Below, piece after piece: positions 11,699 through 20,480 of a stretch of DNA of 64,000 nt. Both the position numbers and the translations under genes were made by a program. The stretch is from an uncultured delta proteobacterium (lineage in GTDB: Bacteria; Desulfobacterota; Syntrophobacteria; Syntrophobacterales; Syntrophobacteraceae). The stretch lies in the NCBI GenBank assembly GCA_963808625.1, contig CAWEHK010000035.1, positions 32,001 through 96,000 of the forward strand, read 5' to 3'. How positions within the stretch are numbered: the first letter of the stretch is position 1; every line of letters begins with the position of its first letter. Below the pieces are notes generated by a model. It worked only from the letters and a program-made list of their open reading frames with translations. It did no database searches and had not been told where the DNA came from.

Positions 11699-11994
11699 CG
11701 GTTACTCCTCCTGTTAATTTCGTGGCGAACAGTCTATACAGGTAAGGGCCGCTGTTGGCAACGCCAAAGGTGGGTGGGTGTCTTTTCCCGGGTTTTCAGA
11801 CAGCTTCTTGGTCCAGCGCCACAGAATAAAGTGTCCATAAACCCGGCGCGTAACCGGTGAAAACCTGAATCCATGAACCATGTGCGTCATTCCGGTGGAA
11901 ACCGGAATCCAGGAAAACTGCTTGGATACCGGCTTTCGCCGGTATGACGATCTGAATCCGGTCACTATCCAGTTTAGGTTTGAATGCTTCGTTT

Positions 11995-12049
11995 CGTAGG
12001 AGCGGCATCCTGCCGCGATTGGCTCACCGTCGCGGCAGGATGCCGCTAC
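11995..12049. repeat. GTAG-type REP doublet (GTAGGAGCGGCATCCTGCCGCGA / TCGCGGCAGGATGCCGCTAC)
   Basis: Inverted pair visible directly in the sequence. Confidence 0.75.
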
Positions 12050-12177
12050 AGAGAAACAGAGATTCATCAGCATGGAAAGATCTCAACCTTAACAAGTATA
12101 ATTAGAGTTGGGCCTGGAACCGGTCATTGACTGAGATAGGACCTAGTTGAGATGGACCTGTGTATTGGGACCTGTAC

Positions 12178-13262
12178 TCAGGAGTACAAGCCGGAGATCG
12201 GCCCTAAATTCTTGCGCCTGCGGATGGCTTCGAGCACACCGACGGTGCCGGTCATCATGTTGTCACCCCAGGGGGCACCCATCACCAGGGGCAGGCGCGA
12301 CTTTTGCGCCATGTCCCCGTTTCGGGCCGGTCGCCAGGATCAGCTCTACCGAAGCCAACCCCAGCGCCCTGCGCAGATACGCCCCGTGCCCCCCTTCTTC
12401 AAGAATCCGGCGATGTTCGAGCTTGCCCTCGGCCAGTTCCTCGACCAGGGCGTCCAACCGCTCGCAGGTGATGTCCCGTGTGTGGTACTCGAAAAAGCCC
12501 GCGAGCTCCCCCTTCTCGAGCGCCGCACCAACGGTGTGCGAAGTGGCGACATCCAGGACGATAATCCGTTCCTTGAGGCTCGCCTGAGAATCCATCGAGG
12601 CCCCGAGAATAGCCGCCATGCCGCTGTCCATGACGAAGACTTCGCGGGTGGGGAGCCTTTCCGCGCTCTCGAAAAGCGACCTCAGCCGATTGAAAGTCTT
12701 TGGGAGATCGTCTTTGCCATACAACAGCGCATGAGGATAAGGGTTGTCATCGAGCCGCTCTTTAAGAAAGGAATGACGGTAATCGAGGTGCGATACGCCC
12801 GGCGGCGGCATGCCATGATCCTGCACACAGACGCCGACGATGTCGAATTCGAACGGGACGCCCAGGGCTTCTACGATTTGCTGCAGCCGGTCTCTTTCCA
12901 GGTCGCCGATAACCAGGTTATGGTAGGTGCAATCTGCCCGCAAGGACCTCGGCTTCTTCGTCATCGACAACCACGATCCCCCATGAGCGCACGGTTTCCG
13001 GATTATGGTGAAGGGTGAACGCCGCGGCGCGGGACATGATTACTTCTGCTTTCAAGGCCCGCGCTTTGAGGACCTGGGTGAGGGGCCCTCCCCCCATCTC
13101 GCACCCTGTCACCAGGAGTTTCCCCGGGAGGGTTTCCGCCTTCTCCGCAAGCCCGAGGACCGGGGACCTGGCAACGGCCTTGTAATGCTGCGGCGATTCG
13201 TCGTCGAAATACAGGATATCCATGGTGCCGGCGCCTATGTCCACGATCAAAAATCGGCTCAT
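12178..13262 (-). CDS. DUF1786-family (ASKHA-like fold) protein, 2 frameshifts
   Basis: VDIGAGTMDIL, CVQDHG, VMDSGMAAILGA, LDVATSHT, FEYHT and GGHGA; reframed C-terminus APWGDNMMTGTVG ending at TGA 12178-12180. Confidence 0.7.
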
Positions 13263-13632
13263 TTGGTCTAACCTTTCTCATTTCGTTTTCAAGAAGGCTG
13301 CCATCTTCTTTCTCACCCCCCCGCAGAGACGCAGGGGGCCGCCGAGGTCCATATAACAAAGGTATCTCTGCGCACTCTGTGGTGGCTACTTATAAAACGA
13401 GATATGTCAGGACAAAGTATAAGCTCATTTATCGTCCTGCTCAAAATCTTTACTGCTTAAAATGTTTGATTGACCGTAGCGAGCGCCACGTTTATATTAG
13501 CAAACGAAAAGTTTCCTTCGGAGTTTCTTTCGGTGCCGCTTATCATTAAGTTTGTTGAGCGGGTAAGCCCACGGAGGATGTTCACCAGCCTTTGTGGGTT
13601 ATTTTTTTCTGTGCAGATCAAGGAGCAAAGGA

Positions 13633-14697
13633 ATGTCAGAAAGTCGAGGATGGTTGTTTTTAGTTTGGTTGCCCTCTTGGTCCTGGTTGCGTTCGGGTCC
13701 TCGGTGGGCTTTGGGGCAGCGAGAAAGATTCCAAGAAGGGGAGCGTCTCAACTTCCGGCAAAAAGGATGCCACAAAGGAGAAATCGGCAGTGGCGGGGAC
13801 CGCGAGCAAGGACAAGGTAGCCATGGTAAATGGGACCGTCATCACCCGTTCGGAATACGATAAGGAACTGGGTCGCTTCGAACGGCAAATGGCCATGAGC
13901 GGGAAGGCCCCGAAACCGACAGACGTGTCGGAAATGAAAGGACGCGTTCTCGACGGTCTGATCGATCGCGAATTGCTCAAGCAGGATAGCAAGAAGCTCG
14001 GCATTGCCGTGGATGATAACGAAGTCAACCAGCAGTTGGCAGCGCTGAAACAGAAGTTTGGAAATCGAGAAGGAGTATACCGATACGCTGGCCAAGATGA
14101 ATCTCACCGAGGCCGAATTGAAGGCGCAATTGCGGCAGGACCTGGCTCATCAAGAAGTTGATCGATCGGCAAATAGGCTCCAAAGTGACGGTTACCCCGG
14201 AGGAAATGAAGGCCTTTTATGACGGTCACCCCGAGTTTTTTAAGGCGCCGGAGAGGGTTCGGGCCAGTCATATCCTGATCAAGGTCGATGCGGCCGGCAG
14301 TGATGCCGATAAGGCAAAGGCCAAGGAGCGGATCACGGCCATTCAGCAGCGGCTCAAAAAGGGAGAGGACTTTGCCGCCGTTGCGAAGGAAACCTCGGAA
14401 TGCCCCAGCGGCGCCAACGGTGGAGACCTGGACTATTTCCAGCGGGGCCAGATGGTTGGACCGTTTGAAGATGCGGCATTCAAGCTGCCGCCCGGAACCG
14501 TGAGTGACATTGTCGAAACTCAGTTCGGTTACCATTTGATCAAGGTCACCGACAAGAAGGACGCCTCCACCGTCGCCTACGACGAGATCAAGGGCAAAAT
14601 CGAAGATTACCTGAAACAGCAGAAGGTCAACGAGCAATTGGGCCAGTATGTCGCTCAGTTGAAGAAGGGCGCCAAGATCGAAACATTTTTGAATTAA
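13633..14697 (+). CDS. Exported PpiC/parvulin-type peptidyl-prolyl isomerase (PrsA/SurA-like), frameshifted
   Basis: VAMVNGTVIT SurA-type N-domain; RASHILIK, GEDFAAVAKETSECPS..NGGDL, ETQFGYHLIKV. Start approximate. Confidence 0.85.
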
Positions 14698-15058
14698 GAG
14701 ACCGGCAAGACCTGGCCGGGGCCTAATTCAGGCCCTGTCGATTCAGTTTTTTGTGGGGCAGGCTTTCCAGCCTGCCAATCCCATTCTGTGGTGCGGCTTT
14801 TCCCCTGCCCTTTCGGTTTAGTGGTGTTGGCTCTCCAGCCTGCCAATTCGGTCATGGCAGAACGGAAAGCCTGCCCCACAAAACCGCTCTGCAACCAACT
14901 TCTTATTCTTCTGCAGCCGCCAATCCGGAAGTCGTGCTGGACGCCCGGCCTTTTTCTGATTGCAATCCTTGGTCAGACGGGATAAACCTTTTCCCTGCCG
15001 CTAATCACGTGAAATCCCGAGGTCTTTGCAGGAAAACAACCTAACCGGATGGTTCAGG

Positions 15059-16631
15059 ATGGAAAGGTTTCCCTTCACCGAAGCAGATCGGCAGCAAATG
15101 CACGCGCTCGAGATCAGCGAGGATCAGGTGCGGGCGCAGCTCGCAGTGTTTCGAAAAACCCCGGCATGCATTCGTCTGCAACGTCCCTGCACCCTGGGTG
15201 AGGGCGTGCATCAAATCGCGAAGGCCGACCTCGAAAGCTATCTCGAATGCCACGCCAGGGCCGCGCAGGAGGGGCGCTTCCGCAAGTTTGTGCCGGCCTC
15301 CGGAGCGGCCACTCGCATGTTCCAGTCCCTCCTGCAGATCTACCACCTTCCCCAATACCTCGAGCCCAAAGAGCTTCACCGAAAAGCGAAGTATGGCGTC
15401 GCCGTGGCGTGCGATTTCCTGAAATTCGTGGAGGGCATTCGCCAGTTCCCATTTTGTCAAGATCTCGAGACCGCCCTTGCCAGAGACGGCCTGGACCTCA
15501 GCGACCTGATCCATTCCCACCAGTATCGGACTATTCTGGACTATCTCCTGACCGACCTCGGGCTCAATTATGGCGGCCTCCCCAAAGGCCTGTTGAAGTT
15601 TCACTGCTATCCGAACGGATGCCGCACCGCCTTCGAGGAACACCTCGAAGAAGCGGTGTCCTTACGTTGCGTGCGCAAAGGGGATTTGCCGGATTCATTT
15701 CACGGTCTCTCCCGAACATGAAGAGGGCTTCAGGCGGCTCTTTGAAGAGGTTAGACTTCGCAATGAAAAGCGGCATGGGGGCGCCTTTGAGGTCAGCTTC
15801 TCCCACCAGCACCCGTCCACCAACACCATTGCCGTGGACATGCGCAACCGCCCCTTCCGGGATCGTTTCGGGCGCCTCGTCTTCCGGCCCGGGGGGCATG
15901 GGGCGCTCCTCGAAAATATCAGCGACCTCCAGGGCGACCTCGTTTACATGAAGAACGTTGACAACGTGAGTCAGGGTCGGTTCATGGATGCGATCGGCTT
16001 CTGGAAGCGAGTTCTCGGGGGATGTCTGGTGGCGATCGAAGGTGCGGTGCACGAGCATCTGCGCCGTCTGAAAGCCGGCGTAACGCCGGGTGCGGTCACC
16101 GAGGCCGAGGCCCTGGCGGCGGAAAAACTGCTCGTGCGTTTTCCCAAATCCTATGCCGAATGGCCTCTCGATGACCGGCATGCCTATCTGGAGAAGAAAC
16201 TGGACCGGCCGATTCGCGTCTGCGGCGTCGTCAGGAATGTGGGCGAACCGGGTGGCGCCCCGTTTTGGGTGGAGGACCGTAACGGAGAGCTCTCCCTGCA
16301 GATCGTCGAAAAGGCCCAGGTCGATTTCAACTCCCCGGAACAGCAGGAGATCTGGAACTCATCCACGCATTTCAATCCGGTTGACCTTGTCTGTTCCGTC
16401 AGGAATTATGAGGGCAGGCCCTTTGACCTGGCACACTACGTCGACCACGATGCCGTCTTCATTTCCAGGAAGTCCATGGGAGGGAGAAGCCTCAAGGCCC
16501 TCGAACTTCCCGGTCTGTGGAACGGTGCCATGGCCGAATGGCTCACGGTGGTCGTGGAGGTCCCACGGATTACTTTCAATCCGGTCAAAACCGTTTTCGA
16601 TCTCCTCAAACCCGAACACCAGCCGGAGTAG
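15059..16631 (+). CDS. DUF4301-family protein, frameshift near 15660
   Basis: KFVPASGAATRMF, PKGLLKFH, FRPGGHGALLEN, GEPGGAPFW, THFNPVDLVC and ELPGLWNGAMA.W motifs. Confidence 0.85.
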
Positions 16632-16640
16632 CGGAAGGGA

Positions 16641-16880
16641 AGACAGGAGACAGAAGACGGAAGACAGGAGTCAGGAGTCAGGAGTCGGGTAGAAGTAGCA
16701 GACAGCGTAGACAGGGTAGATAAGACAGGATCGATCAGGGGAGACAGGAGTCAGAAGTCAGGAGTCGGAAGCGGGACGGTTGATGGTTGATGGGTGAGTG
16801 GTTGATGGGTTGATGGGGTTGATGGTTGATGGGTTGATGGTTGATAGTTGATGGTTGATGGTTGATGGTTGATGGGTGAT
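16641..16880 (+). repeat. Compound heptamer tandem repeats (GGAGTCA/GAAGACA-type, then GGTTGAT-type)
   Basis: Visible directly downstream of the DUF4301 stop codon. Confidence 0.9.
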
Positions 16881-17020
16881 TTTGTTCTGGCGTATGTTGA
16901 TGTTTCTCTTTATAAGGGCTCTCTTTACAGAAACGACACACCTTCGGGCAATCGAGGAGTGGTCAGAAGAATCGTTGCCGGGTTTCCGACAGGGTATTTC
17001 GACGAACATAAGGGAACGAC

Positions 17021-17947
17021 ATGATGCGTGCACAGAACTGGATGGTTGATCTACGGACTCGCAATCTGGCAAGTGTCTACCGGGTCAGGAAGACACTTGT
17101 GTTCACCTCATCGCGCTTCCAGGAAATCCTCATTGTCGAAACCGTAGGTTATGGCAAAGCCCTTTTTCTTGACGGGGTCCCTCAGTCTGCAGAGGCTGAT
17201 GAGTATATCTATCATGAGGCATTTGTTCACCCGGCCATGTTCATTCATGCTGCGCCGAAGAAGGTGTTTGTTGCCGGGGGCGGCCCCGGGGCGATGCTGC
17301 GGGAGATCCTCAAGCATGAAGCCGTCGTGAAAGCAGTTATGGTGGATATCGATGAGGAGATGATCAGCGCGGCCAGGAAATATCTACCGGGCTGGCATCA
17401 GGGGGCCTTCGAAAACCCTCGGGTGACCTTGAAACACGAGGATGCCAGGGCCTTCCTGGCTGATTCCGGGGAAACCTACGATGTCATCTTCATGGACTGT
17501 ACCGACCCCGTCAAGGACAGTCATGCCGCGTTGCTCTTCACCCGCGAGTTCTTCGAACTGGCCCGGTCGCGGCTCGATGCCGGGGGCATTTTCGCCATCC
17601 AGGCGGAACAGACCAGCCCTGGCGAACTGACCGCCCACCTGTCGTTGGTCAAGACCCTCAGGGAAAGCTTCAGGTCGGTCGTTCCCTACCAGGTTTGGGT
17701 CCCCTTTTTCGGGGCGCCGTGGGGATTTGTCATCGCCAGTGACGAACCGCTGGAGCCGCTCCTCAGCCCGGAGTCCCTGGCGCCGCGCTTTCAGGAGAAA
17801 GGAGACCTCGGCTTAAGGTTCTATGACATGGAGTCCCACCGGCACATGTTTGCCCTCCCCAAATACCTCCGCGATGCCATTGCAGACCCGAATCTGGGCG
17901 CGGTCATTCACGATCACAAGCATCTGGTGATCGGGGGCGACGCATGA
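17021..17947 (+). CDS. speE: Spermidine synthase-like (aminopropyltransferase/class I SAM fold) protein with atypical GGGPG motif
   Basis: FQEILI...GKALFLDG..QS...DEYIYHE, MVDIDE, EDAR, DVIFMDCTDP and LFTREFF. Confidence 0.75.
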   Translation: MMRAQNWMVDLRTRNLASVYRVRKTLVFTSSRFQEILIVETVGYGKALFLDGVPQSAEADEYIYHEAFVHPAMFIHAAPKKVFVAGGGPGAMLREILKHEAVVKAVMVDIDEEMISAARKYLPGWHQGAFENPRVTLKHEDARAFLADSGETYDVIFMDCTDPVKDSHAALLFTREFFELARSRLDAGGIFAIQAEQTSPGELTAHLSLVKTLRESFRSVVPYQVWVPFFGAPWGFVIASDEPLEPLLSPESLAPRFQEKGDLGLRFYDMESHRHMFALPKYLRDAIADPNLGAVIHDHKHLVIGGDA

Positions 17948-18501
17948 CCTTCTCTTTTGGTAGACCTCGCCCAAGACCTCCTCTTATCTGCCCGGGCTAC
18001 GAGAAGACACTCCACCCCGGCCCCATTCTCCAAGTCTCTCGTTCTCAAGCACGTATTCATACCCTGTCATCCCATCTAAAAAGAGCGCGTCGAAGTTCAC
18101 TGCGTGAAGAGCATCATCGCCTCTTTCGCTCGATGTCCTCATTCTGACTTGGGTTAACGGGAGGCGGGTTTTCCAACCGCCAGGCGACATCGGTTCTAGC
18201 GGCAATGTCTTCATCCTGAGCAGAGACCACACAATCCTGATCCTGCCCGGAAAGCAAGTGGGGGATTACCCCATATGCATCAGGCTAAGTACAGCACAGC
18301 AGAATAAAGTGTCCATTACCACCCGGTCGTCATTCCCGCATGCTCTTAGCGGGAATCCAGGGAATTTGCACAGCCTGAATTCCCGCCAGAAACACGCGGG
18401 AATGACGAGTGGCATTCGGACACCCATTTATGCGGGGGCGTACTAAGGGGTTTACCCGAGGTGGATTTATGCCTGCGACCGCTTGCCAGTCGGATGATGA
18501 A

Positions 18502-18723
18502 TGCCCTGAAAGGGCTTCATAAAAAATAGCCCAGGGTCAGCAAGAGCGCCACCCTGGGGAGGGGAAACCCAATTTCCTTTTCTTTACCCTGAAAGGGTTA
18601 GATAAATCGTTGTACCGCTATGTTTTATGTAACCCATTCAGGGTAGATAGTCGTGTTGTACCTGGCTCCCCAGGGTGGCGCTATCGCTGACCCTGGGCTA
18701 ATTTATCGAGCCCCTTCAGGGCA
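18502..18723. repeat. Long (~220 bp) imperfect palindrome of the CCCTGAAAGGG / CCCAGGGT type
   Basis: TGCCCTGAAAGGGCT...TAGCCCAGGGTCAGC..AGCGCCACCCTGGGGA mirrored by TCCCCAGGGTGGCGCT..GCTGACCCTGGGCTA...AGCCCCTTCAGGGCA. Confidence 0.85.
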
Positions 18724-18763
18724 GTAAAGTTAGCTTGATGCAATTGGGGATTGCCCCCCACCG

Positions 18764-20200
18764 GTGAAGCGAAGTCCGCCGCGCTCTCCCACGAGCATGC
18801 TCCGGTCCCTTCTCCTCATGACCCATCTCAAAATTCCCAGCATCACCACGTGGGTCAAACAAACGCGCACCGTTCCGCTCTTTGCCGTTCTCGCCGGCTT
18901 TGAACGGGATGACACGCCGGGGATCGGGACCTATTACGATTTCTTCGGGCGCCTCGTTGATGGTCCCTATCAGAAACCCTGTCCCCATCGGGTCAGGGAA
19001 TCTCAGGTCCTCAAGGGACGGCATCAGAGAAACCTCGGAGCGGAGAAAAAGGCCCATCTGGAAAAGCACGACCCCTCGTGCCCCCAGTCGGAAAAGCTTG
19101 CCAATGAACTCCTGGCCGATGCTGACAAGCCGCGACCGCAGGGCCTGCCAAAGTTCCTCGAAGACCTCCTCATCAAGATCGCGATCGTCCCAACCATCCA
19201 GGACGGCCTCGTTGACAATCCACATGAACTCATCGTTTCCGGCGATGGCTCCATCCTCGTCACGGCCGCCTCACCCCGCGGCAAACCCACCTGCGCCTGC
19301 CGCACCCACCAGTGCGACCATGAACGGAGCTACACCTCGCCCACCGCCAAATGGTGCTACGATCACTACCGCGACACTTACTTTTTTGGCGATCGCTATT
19401 ATCACCTGGTGCTCCATCAGAATGGCCACGACCTGCCCCTGCTCACGCTCTTGCCAGGTGGCAACGAGAGCGATTTCACCCTCTCCCTCAAGGCCTTCGA
19501 CCGTTTTCTCAAGGCCGCCCGGGAACACGGCCTCGATCTGAACATTGCCATCTTCTGCGGCGACGGCCACCATGACTCCCACGCCCACTACCGCTATTTC
19601 CTCAAAAAGGACGTCAGTCCCGTGATTCCCCTCGGCGAGAACAGCAAAAAAACCTATCCCCATTTGCTCGATGAACAGGGCGTAAAACTTGACAGCGACG
19701 GCGTACCCCTTTGCCCGCAAGGAATGCGCATGCGCCACCATCAGTATCAGGAAAGCCGCCACACTCATGTCTATGGCTGCCCGGCAAAACGCAATACCCA
19801 TCGCGACGGCAAATCAGTCTATGTCATGCACCTCGAGGATTGCCCGCAACAGAAGGACTGTGCACCCGAAAGCGTTCTCGCCCCTCTGGTCTACATCAAA
19901 TCCGATACCGACCCGCGACTCTATCCCCCCATTCCTCGCGACAGTGAGCGCTTTAAAGAGCTCTACAAAGAGCGCAGCGCCACCGAGCGCTGCAACGCCC
20001 TCAATGACACCTGCAAACTGGATCGATCATGCCGAAACGCCAGCTATGGACTGATTCGCCTGACTCTGGCGAACATCGTCGAACATGCCGTGGTCCGCAA
20101 CCTGGAAGCCGTGAAACGGTCCTCCAGGAAGAAGCTCCTGGCCCAGACCCTGAGCATGATCGGCATCATTTACCGCGAGGAATTCTTCAACAGCGGATAA
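18764..20200 (+). CDS. DDE transposase of the IS4/IS5/IS1182 superfamily, probably 5'-truncated
   Basis: DUF772-like N-terminal stretch (MLRSLLL...FAVLAGF...PGIGTYYDF), SGDGS, CGDGHHD, a Cys-rich insertion and the Y..R...ER.N signature (LYKERSATERCN). No good RBS or start. Confidence 0.75.
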   Translation: MKRSPPRSPTSMLRSLLLMTHLKIPSITTWVKQTRTVPLFAVLAGFERDDTPGIGTYYDFFGRLVDGPYQKPCPHRVRESQVLKGRHQRNLGAEKKAHLEKHDPSCPQSEKLANELLADADKPRPQGLPKFLEDLLIKIAIVPTIQDGLVDNPHELIVSGDGSILVTAASPRGKPTCACRTHQCDHERSYTSPTAKWCYDHYRDTYFFGDRYYHLVLHQNGHDLPLLTLLPGGNESDFTLSLKAFDRFLKAAREHGLDLNIAIFCGDGHHDSHAHYRYFLKKDVSPVIPLGENSKKTYPHLLDEQGVKLDSDGVPLCPQGMRMRHHQYQESRHTHVYGCPAKRNTHRDGKSVYVMHLEDCPQQKDCAPESVLAPLVYIKSDTDPRLYPPIPRDSERFKELYKERSATERCNALNDTCKLDRSCRNASYGLIRLTLANIVEHAVVRNLEAVKRSSRKKLLAQTLSMIGIIYREEFFNSG

Positions 20201-20444
20201 CGATAGGAGTCAAAATGTAGGATTGCTGCTGCCAAACTGAATCAAAATAACCTTCGCCCGGCCGAAAGCCCCTTTCGGACCGAACACCCGAGCTGTTCCC
20301 CTTGTTTCCGGAATGCCCCGCAACTCGACCCAGGATCACCCGTTTTGACCGACCTCCGACCGTCTATCCCCACCCAATGCCCCCCCAAACCACCGCAAAA
20401 CACCCCCGCCACACCAACACGAACCGCCTTCAACAACCAATGGG

Positions 20445-20467
20445 CTCTCGGATTTCAATTCCGAGAG
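20445..20467. other. Hairpin CTCTCGGA-N7-TCCGAGAG, probable right end of the upstream IS
   Basis: 8-bp perfect stem ending a ~260-bp C/A-rich non-coding tail, 13 bp before the istA ATG. Confidence 0.45.
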
Positions 20468-20480
20468 TTCTCGAAGAAGG

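Noticed and set aside
16641..16880. CRISPR array (also 43525-43642 and the REP clusters)
   Set aside because: Units are 7-9 bp tandem repeats or isolated hairpins without unique spacers; no cas genes are present.
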